A stretch of DNA of 64,000 nucleotides from an uncultured Gemmatimonadales bacterium (GTDB taxonomy: Bacteria > Gemmatimonadota > Gemmatimonadetes > Gemmatimonadales > Gemmatimonadaceae). This document shows, piece after piece, positions 28,961 to 40,325 of this stretch. Each line of letters begins with the position of its first letter. Position 1 is the stretch's first letter. The position numbers and the translations under genes were made by a program. The stretch covers positions 39,874 to 103,873 of the forward strand of contig CAWBZV010000006.1 of NCBI GenBank assembly GCA_963793305.1, in the 5' to 3' direction. The notes under the pieces were generated by a model. That model was not told where the DNA came from and searched no databases. It worked only from the letters and a program-made list of their open reading frames with translations.

Positions 28961-30774
28961 ATGCTCAAGCTCGTCTCGGCGTTCGCCGCCGTGCTGTTGC
29001 TGGCCGCAGCACCAAGCCCGGGCCCGCCAGCGGCCACGCTCGTGTTCAAGAGTCAACTCGACACGTTGGGTGTTGCCCTCGACAGCCTGGCGACCGCGGT
29101 CCGCGCTGATCGCGCAAGCGATGCGCAGCGCGAGTTCCGTCACGCACGCAGCGCCTACAAGCGCGCCGAAGCGTTGCTCGCCTTTTACTCGCCCCAGGAC
29201 GTGATCGCGCTGCAGGGTCCATTGGAAGAGGGCGAAGACGTTCCGCCGCGCCCCTACAATACTCCCGGCGCCTTTCCGATGATCGAGGGCGCGATATTCC
29301 CGCAGCTACCCGACTCGGGGCGCGGGGCGATCCTCGCGCGGATTCACGCGATGCGCGAGCGCATTGCCATCCTGCAGACGTTCATCGCCACGATCGAGGT
29401 CGACGAGGTCGCGATCTTCGATGCCGCGCGGGCCGAGATCGCGCGGGTGAGCACATTGGACATCGCGGGATTCGACTCCGATCGCCAGGACGACGCGCTG
29501 ATCGATGCCGCGGCCGCTCTCGACGGCGTGCGCGACTTCGTTCCGCCGGACACCACGGTGCATCGCGCGCTGCGCGACGCCGCGGACTATCTCCGTACGC
29601 ACGCGACGTTCGAGACCATGGATCGCTTCGCGTTCGTCACGCGCTACAGCATCCCCGCATCGCATGCCCTCGCCACCTTGCGGTCCGCGCGCGCCGCGGA
29701 CCCGATGCCCCATCTGCGTGCGTGGCGGCAGTCGGCGGCATCCGTGTACGACAGCGGCGGGTTCGAGCCGTGGGCCTATTCGGCTCGATTTGCGCGCGTA
29801 CCAATGGACCCACCGGTGTTGATCGCGCTGGGCGCCCGATTGTTCGCCGATCCGCGCTTGTCCGGGCCCGGCACGCGCTCCTGCGCGAGCTGTCACGTGC
29901 CGACGCACGGATTTACCGACGCTATCCCGAAACGCACGTCGTTGCTCCCGCCCGTGCCACCTCCTCCCGGCGCGACGCCAGCGCGGCACACGCCTACTCT
30001 GATCAACTCTGCGCTGCAGCCCGCGTACTTTGACGACGAGCGCGTCAGAACCCTGGAGCAGCAGATCGCCGCTGTGCTCGCGAATACTGATGAGATGCGG
30101 AGCTCGCTCGACACCGCCGCGTCACGAGTCGGCACCGATTCGAGCTATCGCGCCGCATTCGCCGCCGCCTTCGGCGTGGCACCAGAGCACGCTGTGACAC
30201 CCACGTCATTGCGTGTGGCGCTCGCCGCCTATGTGCGCTCGCTCATCGCCCTCAATTCCCCGTTCGACCGTGCCTTGCATGGAGACGGCGCCGCAATCAG
30301 CGAGGCGGCGCGACGTGGGTTTACGGTCTTTATGGGCAAAGGGCGCTGCGGGACCTGTCACTTCGCGCCCCTGTTCAACGGCGTGCAGCCGCCGACCTAT
30401 CTCACGAGCGATCCTGAGATCATCGGCGTTCCAGAGCGCGCGACACTGCACAATGCAACGATCGATCCAGATGCAGGGACGGGCTATCATCGATAACGTG
30501 GACAGCCATCGCTTCGCGTTCAAGGTGCCGACCGTGCGGAACGCCGCGGTCAGCGCGCCGTACATGCACAACGGCGTCTTCGTTACACTCGATGATGTCG
30601 TGGACTTCTACGACGCGGGCGGCGGTATCGGCATCGGCATCGACTTGCCATATCAGACATTGTTCGATCAACCACTGCATCTCACGTACGACCGAGAAGA
30701 CCGATCTTATCGCATTTCTCCGCGCACTGACTGACACGAGTGGCACCGTTCCGTCTGCTGTGACGATGCGCTAA
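28961..30774 (+). CDS. Diheme cytochrome c peroxidase/MauG family protein with N-terminal helical (imelysin-like) domain; insertions near 30478 and 30687
   Basis: LGARLFADPRLS, CASCH, HTPTLIN, CGTCH, FKVPTVRN, APYMHNG, LIAFLRALTD across three frames. Confidence 0.87.
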
Positions 30775-30907
30775 CGGCCGAGGTGAGTCACAGGTTCAAG
30801 ACGATGGCGTGCCACCGTGCGATCGGGACTGTGACAGTCTCGCTATCGCCGACGAGTAGTGTCCGCACGGCAAGAAGGTCGCTGCACCCACTCAGCGGAG
30901 GACACGC

Positions 30908-32779
30908 ATGAAGACAGCAGTACGCCTGGGACAGGCAGTCGCGGGTGTGATCGCCGGATGCGCACTCAGCATCCCGGTCCACGCGCAGGGAAGTAACGAC
31001 AACAACACGGCCACGCCGATCAAGCACGTGATCTACATCATCGGCGAGAACCGTTCCTTCGATCACGCCTTCGGCACGTATGTCCCGCCGAAGGGATCGA
31101 CGGTGTGGAACATCCTGTCGGAAGGCATCGTGAACGCCGACGGGACCCCCGGTCCGAACTTCTGGAAGGCGCAGCAGCACACGGCGAGTCAGCCCGGCGC
31201 GTACTCGGTGCATCCGCCGAAGACCGGTCCGTTCAGCACGTTGCCGCCGGAGCCCACGGGCAGCGCGCCGACGGATCCGCCGTTCGCCACGGCGTGGGCC
31301 GCTCACCTCGTCGAGCCCGGTCTCTGGTACGAGAGCTACTATCGCCTCGCGACCGGCGGCACGGGACAGCCGAACGGTCAGATCGACAACCGCTTCCCGA
31401 CGAACCTCCCGAACGGCCCGTACGACCTCAATCGCTGGACCTCGGACAACGACTACACCTCGAGCCCGGTGCACCGCTACTACCAGATGGTGCAGCAGCT
31501 CGACTGCGACATCAAGGCCGCGACGCCACAGAATCCGAGTGGTTGTCAGTCCGACCTGTTCCCTTGGGTCGAGATCACGCAGGGCGCCGGCCAGAACGGG
31601 AAGGCTCAGCCGGCTGGCTTCACCGATGAGACGACGGGCGAAGGGGCGACCTCGATGGGCTTCTTGAACGTCGCCACGGGCGCCGCTCCGTACTTCACGG
31701 CGCTCGCTAACGAGTACGCGATGGGCGACAACTTCCACCAGGCATTCCAGGGTGGAACGGGCGCGAACCACATCATCCTCGGCTTCGGCACGGGCCTCTA
31801 CTATGCCGATTCCACGGGTGCGCCCACGACGCCGCCGTCGAACCAGATCGAGAATCCGAACTCGCAGCCCGGCACGAACAACTACTGGGTCGAAGACGGC
31901 TACAGCGGCGGCTCGTACATCAATTGCGCCGACTCGACGCAGCCTGGCGTGGGCGCGATTCGGGCGTACGAGAAGCAGCTGCCCTACAAGATCCGCAAGA
32001 ACGATTGCAAGAAGGGCGCGTACTACCTCGTGAACAACTACAACCCCGGCTACTTCGGCACGGGTGTGGCGGCCCCGCTCGGCGCGCAGCAGTCTTCACG
32101 GTTCCGCCCTCGCGGCAGCCCAACATCGGCCTGCTCATGTCGAACCACGGCGTGTCGTGGCACTACTACGGCGAAGGCTGGGCGAACGGCACCGAGACCG
32201 GCGAGGCCAGCACGTATTGCAACATCTGCAATCCGTTCCTGTACTCGACGCAGATCATGACGAACCCCAAGCTGCGCGCGAACCTCAAGGACATTACCGA
32301 TCTGTACAACGATATCACCAACAGCACCTTGCCCGCCGTGTCGATCGTCAAGCCCGACGGCGTTCCTCGATGGTCACCCGGCGTCGTCGAAGTGGGATCT
32401 CTACGAAGGCTTTGTGAAGAAGATCGTGCAGATGGTACAGGCCAACCCCGCGCTCTTCGCCCAGACGGCGATCTTCATCACGCAGGATGAGGGCGGTGGG
32501 TACTGGGATTCTGGCTATGTCCAGCCGCTCGACTTCTTCGGCGACGGCACCCGGATGCCGCTGATCGTGGTGTCGCCGTTCTCGAAGGGTCTTGGTGTCG
32601 TGCACGCGTACGGTGACCACGTGTCGTTCGACAAGTTCGTCGAGCACAACTGGGGCCTGCCGACGATCGCTGGCGACACGCGCGACAACATGCCGAATCC
32701 GATCACGACGAAGGCCAATCCGTATGCGCCGACGAATGCGCCGGCCATCACGGATTTCATGCCGTTCTTCAAGTTCTAA
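30908..32779 (+). CDS. Phospholipase C / phosphoesterase family secreted enzyme; frameshifts near 32093 and 32364
   Basis: TPIKHVIYIIGENRSFDH, GGTGANH, YCNICNPF, LPAVSIVKP, DEGGGYWD, GDGTRMP across three ORFs; RBS GGAGG. Confidence 0.88.
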
Positions 32780-32847
32780 TCGTTCCGATGAGTTGGAATG
32801 ACGGCCGGGGCGGCGATACTGCCGCTCCGGCCGTTAGTTTTCCCGCC

Positions 32848-33252
32848 ATGCGCCGCGATGGCTACACGCTGATCGAGATGCTGGTCGTACTCGTGATCAT
32901 GGGCTTGGCCGCGGGCCTCGTGGCGCCGCTGCTGCTGCGCCCGACGACCTACGATCGCCAGCGCCAGCTCACAGCCGTTGTCCAAGCCGCCCGCACCACC
33001 GCGGCCACCCGCGGCGAAGTGATCTATGTCCGCATCGAGCCGACTGGCGAGTGGCACATGGAAGGCGGCGGACTCCCGGTCGAGGGCGACGTCGCGCGAG
33101 GACGCATGGACCGACTCTCGACGGCGCCACTGACGCTGATCGTGTCGCCGATTGGCAGCTGCTCGTTCGATGTGCGCAGCACCGCTGCTGCCGCTGCAAT
33201 CGTTAAGCTCGACCCACTGATCTGCGAGCTGCGGCTTATTTCCAGTTCATGA
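32848..33252 (+). CDS. Type II secretion minor pseudopilin (GspH-like)
   Basis: Prepilin motif G|YTLIEMLVVL. Confidence 0.75.
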   Translation: MRRDGYTLIEMLVVLVIMGLAAGLVAPLLLRPTTYDRQRQLTAVVQAARTTAATRGEVIYVRIEPTGEWHMEGGGLPVEGDVARGRMDRLSTAPLTLIVSPIGSCSFDVRSTAAAAAIVKLDPLICELRLISSS

Positions 33253-33656
33253 CGTTAGCGTCTTCGCCTTCGCCGCCGGGTTGCCCGTCGCGGCCCAAGG
33301 TCGAGAGATCGAACGACGTTGGGTTGTGCTCCCCGGGGCTCTTATAGATGTAGGGCCGTCCCCATGGGTCGTTGGGGAGATCGCGCCGCAAGTACGGCCC
33401 GCGCCAACTGATCGGCACCGGCTCCCGCGTGGGGACCTTCTCCAGTGCATCCAGCCCCTGCTCACTCGTCGGGTACGATCCGACATTCGAGCTTGTAGCT
33501 GTCGAGCGCCGTCTCCAATAGCGACAGTTGCGTGCGCGCGGTGGCGCTCTTGGCCTCGGTGATCCGCCCGAGGATGCGCGGCCCCACGAGGGTCGCGAGC
33601 AACCCGAGCACAATGATCACCACCAGCAGCTCGATCAGCGTGAACCCACGTCTCAT
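33236..33656 (-). CDS. gspG: Type II secretion major pseudopilin; 1-nt insertion near 33488
   Basis: G|FTLIELLVV, ALDSYKLD, YPTSEQGLDAL, WRGPYL, DPWGRPY, GRDGQPGGEG. Confidence 0.92.
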
Positions 33657-33715
33657 GACAGTGATGCTACACGGCTGGCCGTGGCATTCGCAAGAACACG
33701 TAGCGACATTGTTGC

Positions 33716-34264
33716 ATGCGGTGTCGGCGCGCTTTCACGCTCTTGGAGATCATGGTCGCGATCGTGCTGACCAGTCTCATCGCGCTCCTGGCCTTTTCCG
33801 CCGCCCAGGTCTCGATCGACGCCCGCGCTCGCTTGACGTCGCACTTGAACGACGTCGAAAGCGCGCGTGCCGTCCGCACGTTGCTCACCGATGCGCTTCG
33901 GAACGCTCGAATCCCCAGTCGTCCAGGCGATCCGGGCTTCGACCTCCAAAACGGCCGCCTGTCGTTTGTCTCCGCGGGCGGGGCCGCACCGCTCGACCCG
34001 GACTACGACTGGCGGATCACCGTAATACCTGATTCGCGCGGCCTCTCGTTCGTCGCCACGCCGCTCGGGCACGCGCCAGCCACGCAGGTGGCATTCCGTG
34101 TACCCGACGTGACTCGGTGGGACGTCCAGGTCCTCCAGCCGGATGGCACACAATGGCAATCGACATGGTCTGACACGAGAGTAATGCCCCGCGCGATCTC
34201 CATCGCGCTCTGGCACAATTCGGTAACGGCCGTGATGCCGATTCGCGTGGTATTGTCACCGTGA
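33716..34264 (+). CDS. Type II secretion minor pseudopilin (GspJ-like)
   Basis: A|FTLLEIMVAI, C-terminal WQSTW...MPRAI. Confidence 0.75.
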   Translation: MRCRRAFTLLEIMVAIVLTSLIALLAFSAAQVSIDARARLTSHLNDVESARAVRTLLTDALRNARIPSRPGDPGFDLQNGRLSFVSAGGAAPLDPDYDWRITVIPDSRGLSFVATPLGHAPATQVAFRVPDVTRWDVQVLQPDGTQWQSTWSDTRVMPRAISIALWHNSVTAVMPIRVVLSP

Positions 34265-34605
34265 CGCGACGCAGCGGGATGACGTTGCTCGAGGTCCTGG
34301 TCGCGCTCGTCATCTTGACCATGGTCGGCGTGAGTTACCTCGAGCTCTTCTCCCAGAGTCACCGCTTGGTTGGGAGTGCGCGCCAGTGGTCCGACGCGGT
34401 CTCGTACGCCCAAGACGCCATGGAGCTCGTGGAGCTCGGCCGCCAACCAGATCCGTTGCCAAACGGCTTTCGCACGCAGGTCACGCGCCGCCCCTGGTCG
34501 AGTGGCTACTCGGTCGTCACGGTCACCGTCTTTCTGCCGAGCGGCCAGCGATTCGACCTCGATCGCCTGACGAAGCCTGACGCACGGGGGACGGACACAT
34601 GGTGA
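34261..34605 (+). CDS. Type II secretion minor pseudopilin (GspI-like)
   Basis: G|MTLLEVLVALVIL, 114 aa. Confidence 0.78.
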   Translation: MTRRSGMTLLEVLVALVILTMVGVSYLELFSQSHRLVGSARQWSDAVSYAQDAMELVELGRQPDPLPNGFRTQVTRRPWSSGYSVVTVTVFLPSGQRFDLDRLTKPDARGTDTW

Positions 34606-35441
34606 TGAGGCGCAACCGCCGCGGGGTCGCGCTGATTTTGGTCCTGTCCCTGCTCGTGCTCCTTGGTGTCGCGGCCGCCGAGGTCGGATCGCGCGCGCGC
34701 GCCGAGGGGCAGATGCTGATGGCCCTCAAGTCCCGCGCCGCCGCCCGCTACGCGGCCGAGAGCGGCGTTTTCCTGGCCCGCACGTCGATCGCCCAGCTCG
34801 TCGATTCGGCGCCGGAGGCTACCGATCGCGCGACGGCGTTTCGCCGTCTCGACTCGTTGAACCGCTCGCTTCGCCATCAGGCGATCGGGAACACGCTCTT
34901 CGACGTCGCGATCCTCGACCTGAACGCGCGCATCGATCTCAACCTGGCAAGCCAACGCACGCTCCGGAATTTCTTTCACGAGTTCGTTCCCGATGACCGC
35001 GCGGCCACGGTCGCCGCGGCGCTCAAGGCGGAGCCCATCGCCCGCTTCGGCGAGCTCGCGCGCGTGCCGGGCGGCGACGACGCCTTGGCCCTGGCCGTCG
35101 CGCCATACGTCACGATCTGGGGCGACGGCATAGTCAACATCAACACGGCCCCCGAGGCCGTGCTGGCCGCGCTCCCGGGCATCGGCCCCGCGGTCGCCCG
35201 CACGATCGTGCAACGGCGCGACGCGGGCGAGACGTTCTCGTCCCCGGACGAGTTCCGCCGACCCGGGCCCGGCACGGCAACGCTCGACGGCTTCCCACCC
35301 ATGACGGTCGCGCCGTCTCGTCTCATGATCGTCAGCCGCGGCTGGCTCAACGGCTCGCCGACGGCGCACGAGATCCAGGCGGTCTACGTCATCGTCGGGA
35401 CACGCCTCACGCTGCAAAGCTGGGAAGAGCGCGATCGCTAG
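34599..35441 (+). CDS. gspK: Type II secretion pseudopilin K
   Basis: RG|VALILVL (no Glu+5), ARYAAESG, DLNARIDLN, VNINTAPEAVLAAL. Confidence 0.88.
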   Translation: MVMRRNRRGVALILVLSLLVLLGVAAAEVGSRARAEGQMLMALKSRAAARYAAESGVFLARTSIAQLVDSAPEATDRATAFRRLDSLNRSLRHQAIGNTLFDVAILDLNARIDLNLASQRTLRNFFHEFVPDDRAATVAAALKAEPIARFGELARVPGGDDALALAVAPYVTIWGDGIVNINTAPEAVLAALPGIGPAVARTIVQRRDAGETFSSPDEFRRPGPGTATLDGFPPMTVAPSRLMIVSRGWLNGSPTAHEIQAVYVIVGTRLTLQSWEERDR

Positions 35442-36637
35442 AACGTTTTGAGGTCGATCCCGTAGATCGCTTGGAGCATGGCCAGCGCGACAAATCCGAC
35501 CAGCCCACCGAACGTGATGATGAGCGCGGGCTCGATCAGGGTGACCGCTGTGCGCAGCGCCCGACGCACCTCGCCGTCATAGGTGTCCGCGATGCGCAGA
35601 CACATGTCGTCGAGCTTCCCACTCTCCTCGCCGACCGCGAGCATCTGCAACGCGAGCGGCGGGAGCGCCCCGGAGAGCGATGACGCCAGTGGGCTCCCTT
35701 CGGCGATGGCCCCAGCCGCGCGATCGATGCTCTCTTGTACGACGAGATTCGAGGCCGAGGCGCGCGCGATCTTGAGGGCGGGGAGCGCCGGCACGGAGCT
35801 CTTGAGCAAGAGCCCGAGCGTCCGCGTGACGCGTGCCGCCGAGTACTTGAGCTCGAGATCGCCGAGGTAAGGCCACCCGAGTCGGGCCGCATGCCATCGC
35901 CGCCGCACATCGGGCCGCGCCAGCGCCTGGCGAGCGAAGTACACGCCGGCGGCCACGAGCGGCACCCATACCCACCAGCCTTTCGTGATGACGGCACTCG
36001 CCGCCAGCAAGATCCGCGCGGACCACGGGAGCGTGCCGCCGAGATCCGCGAGCACGACCGCGAATCGCGGGATGACGAAGCCAAGCAGCACGCCGATGCC
36101 GATGCAGGCGACGATGGCCATGAGCGCGGGGTACAAGAGCGCCGATCGCACTTGTCCCTTGAGCTCGGCCGCCTCCTCGAGCTGCCGCGACAGTTGGTCG
36201 AAGACGACGTCGAGCGCGCCGCTCGACTCGCCGGCCGAGACCATGGCGACGAACAACGGATCGAAGTACTCAGGGTGTCGCCCGAGGGCGTCCGCGAGAC
36301 CCGACCCGCTTTGCACCGCGCGCCGCGCCTGCCGCACGGCGTCGGCCAGTCCCTCGTGCGATGCATGCTGGGCCGTGAACGCCAACACACGGTCGATCGG
36401 CATGCCGGCGCCGATCAGCGTGGCGGCGGTGCGGGTCCAGAGCGCCACCGCGGCGCCGCGCGATAGGTGCTTCCCTTCTTTCGTGGCGCTGGCCACGGTC
36501 GCTTCGTCGACCGAGACCGGATACAGCTGCTGGCGGCGCAGACCGTCGACGACGACCTGCCTCGATGGCGCTTGGATCACGCCCTCGACCACGTTGCCGT
36601 CGGCCGTCGCGGCCCGATAGCGGAACGGGACGGTCAC
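35438..36637 (-). CDS. gspF: Type II secretion inner-membrane platform protein F
   Basis: AGESSGAL, SALLYPA, VGEESGKL, LIEPALI; GTG start overlaps gspE stop. Confidence 0.92.
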   Translation of the reverse strand: MTVPFRYRAATADGNVVEGVIQAPSRQVVVDGLRRQQLYPVSVDEATVASATKEGKHLSRGAAVALWTRTAATLIGAGMPIDRVLAFTAQHASHEGLADAVRQARRAVQSGSGLADALGRHPEYFDPLFVAMVSAGESSGALDVVFDQLSRQLEEAAELKGQVRSALLYPALMAIVACIGIGVLLGFVIPRFAVVLADLGGTLPWSARILLAASAVITKGWWVWVPLVAAGVYFARQALARPDVRRRWHAARLGWPYLGDLELKYSAARVTRTLGLLLKSSVPALPALKIARASASNLVVQESIDRAAGAIAEGSPLASSLSGALPPLALQMLAVGEESGKLDDMCLRIADTYDGEVRRALRTAVTLIEPALIITFGGLVGFVALAMLQAIYGIDLKTF

Positions 36638-38089
36638 TCGTACACCTCGTCCCGCGTGAGGCGCAGGACCTCTTCGGCCGTCGTGAGGCCCCGTTTTGCC
36701 TTGTCCCATCCGGCGTCACGCAACGATCGCATCCCCTCAGCCTGTGCAACCGCCCGCAACTCGGCCAGCGAGGCTTGTTTGACGATGCGATCGCGCAGTG
36801 TCTCACTGAGCGGCATGAGCTCATAGAGGCCGGTGCGCCCGCGATATCCAGTGCCGGCACACGTATCGCATCCCTGTCCCCGACGGAAGCCATCGGGTGT
36901 CTCGACGGCACAGGCATCGCACACCATGCGTACCAGGCGTTGCGCCACGATGCCGAGCACGGTCGCCGAGACGAGATACGGCTCGATGCCCATGTCGACC
37001 ATGCGGGTGACGCCTGACGGCGCATCATTCGTGTGCAGCGTCGACAGCACGAGATGCCCCGTGAGGGCCGCCTGGATCGCGATCTCCGCGGTCTCGCGAT
37101 CGCGCATCTCGCCAACCATGATGATGTCCGGATCGTGCCGGAGAATGGATCGCAGCGCAGCGGCGAATGTGAGCCCGATCTTGGGGTTGACCGGGATCTG
37201 CGTCGCGCGCTTCATCTGGTACTCGACCGGGTCTTCGATCGTGACGATCTTCACGCTCGGCTGATTGAGCCGGTCGAGCGCGCCGTACAGTGTCGTCGTC
37301 TTCCCCGAACCCGTCGGTCCGGTCACCAAAATGATCCCGTGCGGTTGTTGCACGAGTCGCTCGAATCCCGCGAGCACCGCCTCGGGCATGCCGAGTGTCG
37401 CCAGGTCGCGCACGCCGGCGCCGCGATCGAGGATGCGCAGCACCACGCTCTCCCCGTGCAATGCCGGCGTGATGGATGCGCGGAGATCGAGCTCTCGATC
37501 GGACAGCCTCAGTCGTATCCGTCCATCTTGTGCCAGCCGGCGCTCGGCGATATTGAGGCCCGCCATGATCTTGATACGGCTCAACACCGCGGCCTGAAAT
37601 TGCCGTGGCGGGTGCGAGATCTCATGGAGCACGCCATCAATGCGATAGCGCACCTGTAGTCCGTCGGTGTCTGACTCCAAGTGGACATCGCTGGCTCGGG
37701 CGCGCAATGCCTCCAGGATGAGCAAGTTCACCAGTTTGATAACGGGCGCTTGGCTGGCCAGGGCCCGCAGGTCATCGAATGTGCTCTTCCTCGTCGGAGA
37801 GGACGATCAGGCTGTCGCTGGCTTTGACCTCGGCCGCGGACTCCGACTGCGCCGACATGACGGCCGCCTGAATGTCTTCTGCTGGCGCATCGACGATGGT
37901 AACGGGCCGCTCGTACAGCCACGCCAACTCGTCGAGGACGGTCGGATCGGGCGGAGCCGCCGCGGCGACGACCAGCGCGCCCGCGTCGCTGATAGCGACG
38001 GGCACGAGACAATGCTCTTCCAGGTACCTCGGCGAGAGCCGCTGCGCGAGCGCCCCGACCGCCGCTACCCGGAGCTCGGCGGTCGTCAT
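36634..38089 (-). CDS. gspE: Type II secretion ATPase E; 1-nt insertion near 37780
   Basis: ASDVH, GPTGSGKTTT, TIEDPVE, LRHDPDIIMVGEMRD, TGHLVLSTLHTN, CxxC...CxxC; N-terminal domain in 37772..38089. Confidence 0.93.
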
Positions 38090-39864
38090 TTCGGCTTGGG
38101 GGTGAAAACGCTGTCGAGCGGCTCTTTGAGTAGCGGCATCTTCGCGCGCTCCTGCTGCAGCACGGAGTCGGCCTGCTCATCATTGAACACGACGTACGGC
38201 GTCAGGAAAATCGCGAGCTCCTGGCGCTGGCGATCGAGGCTCTTGCTCTTGAAGAGCGCACCAATGAGCGGGATGTCCTTCAAGATCGGAATCCCGCTCT
38301 CGATGTCTTGCCGCTGTCCGCTGATCAAGCCGCCGATGACGACCGTTCGTCCCGTCTTCACGATGGCGCTCGTTTCGGCCTCGCGCGTCGTGATGATCGG
38401 CGAGTTCTGCGCCGCCGCGACCGTCGCGGTCGAGAGCTCGCTCACTTCCTGCAAGAGGCGCAACGTGACATAGCCGTCGTTGTTCACGGTCGGCAAGACC
38501 GTGAGTTGTGTCCCGACATCGCGATACTCGACGACCTGGTCGACCGATGACGTGATGCCGCTGATGGTCGCCGAGGTGAATGGCACCTCGCTGCCCACGA
38601 GGATGCGCGCTTGCTCGTTGTTGAGGGCGAGGACGCGCGGGGCGGACACGACCCGGACGTTGGTATGCGACGCGATCGCCTGCAGAATGCTCCGCACGTC
38701 GAGCGACGCCAAGCTGACGATGCGTATCCCCAAGCCACCGAGCGTCGACACGGCGCTGTCGGAAAAGTTCTGTCCACCGAAACCGCCAAGCACGCCGCGT
38801 GTGCTGTCGCCGGGCAGTCCCGCGTGCGAGTAGAGCTGCCAGTTGACCCCGTACGCCGTGCTCTTGTCCAGGTTGATCTCGGCGATCAGCACCTCCAGCA
38901 GCACTTGCGGCGGGCGGATGTCGAGCCGGTCGATTGTCTCCTGCAGGATCGAGAAGTTTGGCGGTGCCGTCCGGATCACGAGCGCGTTCGTGGCCTGGTC
39001 CGGGACGATCATCGTGCCGCCGACCAGCCCGCTGTTGCTGTAGCCACCACCACCACGACCAGTGTCCGCGGGCGGCGGCGCCGCGACTTCGCCGGCCGGC
39101 GTCGCCAGACGTTGCTGCACCGACTGCGTCTCCTGCTGGCGAAATGCCCCCAAGTTGCTCGACAGGCCCTTCCCTTCGAGCGCTTGGACGCGCTGCCGCG
39201 GCGCGGCGCTCGCCACGGTCGCGCCGAACAGCTGACCGAGTGTCGTCGCCAGCTCGACGGCGCTCGCGTGCTTTAACGGCACGACGAACGTGCTGAGTCC
39301 CGCCTCTCCCGCCGTCTTGACGTCGATCGGACGAAGCACATCGAGGTACCGCGCGACGTTGACACCGCGATCCGTGATCAGCACGGCGTTCGATCGCGGC
39401 ACGACCTCGATGCGCGCGGTCTTGCTTTGCACTTTGGCGAGGAGTTGCACCGCCTCTTCGGCACGGACGTAATCCAACGGGACGAGCTGCGTGATCAACC
39501 CGAGGGGCGGTGGATTGGAGATCTCCTTTCCCGTGTGAATCGGACCAGTCGCCGGCCGTTTGTCTTCCGGCATCACCTGCGCGACCGGACCGCTCTGTAC
39601 GAGCACGAGGCCTTGTGCCTCGAGGATCCCTTCGAGCACAGCACCGGCTTGGTTGGCCGGGACCGGCTCCGGTGTCTGGAAGGTGATTTTCCGCGCTGGC
39701 ACGTCGGACAGCACGACGTTGACACCCATCGCGATCGCCAGCGACCGAATGACATCGGCCAGATCGGCGTTGACGTAATTGATGCGAATTGTCTGCTGCT
39801 GCGCCGCGAGCACGGTCGGCGCGCCGAGGAGTACCGTCACTATGAGGGCCGTGAGCTTTTTCAC
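38086..39864 (-). CDS. gspD: Type II secretion secretin D
   Basis: INYVNADL, PLKHASA, LDIRPPQVLLEVLIAE, YRDVGTQL, GIPILKDIPLIGALF. Confidence 0.93.
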   Translation of the reverse strand: MKKLTALIVTVLLGAPTVLAAQQQTIRINYVNADLADVIRSLAIAMGVNVVLSDVPARKITFQTPEPVPANQAGAVLEGILEAQGLVLVQSGPVAQVMPEDKRPATGPIHTGKEISNPPPLGLITQLVPLDYVRAEEAVQLLAKVQSKTARIEVVPRSNAVLITDRGVNVARYLDVLRPIDVKTAGEAGLSTFVVPLKHASAVELATTLGQLFGATVASAAPRQRVQALEGKGLSSNLGAFRQQETQSVQQRLATPAGEVAAPPPADTGRGGGGYSNSGLVGGTMIVPDQATNALVIRTAPPNFSILQETIDRLDIRPPQVLLEVLIAEINLDKSTAYGVNWQLYSHAGLPGDSTRGVLGGFGGQNFSDSAVSTLGGLGIRIVSLASLDVRSILQAIASHTNVRVVSAPRVLALNNEQARILVGSEVPFTSATISGITSSVDQVVEYRDVGTQLTVLPTVNNDGYVTLRLLQEVSELSTATVAAAQNSPIITTREAETSAIVKTGRTVVIGGLISGQRQDIESGIPILKDIPLIGALFKSKSLDRQRQELAIFLTPYVVFNDEQADSVLQQERAKMPLLKEPLDSVFTPKPK

Positions 39865-40325
39865 AACTTCTTGCGTTGAGAGGAAGGCACGTGTAGCACG
39901 AGTGGCCCCGAGGGGCGTTCGAGGGTAACGGTCGAATCGGTAATGGCCACCAATCGCGCCCCATCAACGATGTCTCCGACCCGGTGCACGTCGGCTCCGA
40001 TGAGCGCGATGGCGCCGCGCGGCCCGATGGTGGTCCCGCGCAGCTCGAGCGTTGGCCCGGTCGGACGGGCCCTCGTCTGTGCGGTGACCGGCGCCGGCTT
40101 CGGCGGCTCGACCCCGCGACTCTGCGCGAAGATGTTCTGGGCCACGATCGGCTGATAGTTGGCGGGCGCGATGTCGCCGGCCGCTGCCGAGGGCTTCTGG
40201 GCCGGGAGTGTGAGTTGCGCGGGATCGACTCTGGGCAGCGGGGGCCGCGCCACGCGGAGCCACAAGCCCGACAGCGCGAGCACGGTGGCGGCGCCGAACA
40301 GCACGGGCACGGGCGCGAGCCTCAT
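39861..40325 (-). CDS. T2SS accessory protein (GspC/GspN-like)
   Basis: Single TM, IVAQNIFAQSR, LELRGT...ALI...VGDIVDGARLVAI; position between gspM and gspD. Confidence 0.65.
   Translation of the reverse strand: MRLAPVPVLFGAATVLALSGLWLRVARPPLPRVDPAQLTLPAQKPSAAAGDIAPANYQPIVAQNIFAQSRGVEPPKPAPVTAQTRARPTGPTLELRGTTIGPRGAIALIGADVHRVGDIVDGARLVAITDSTVTLERPSGPLVLHVPSSQRKKL

Noticed and set aside
28871..29143. N-terminal extensions in the ORF track (DUF2911, also paaG, GH3, gspF, DUF1697, XRE regulator, P-type ATPase)
   Set aside because: Extensions overlap neighbouring genes; downstream starts give proper signal peptides or domain starts
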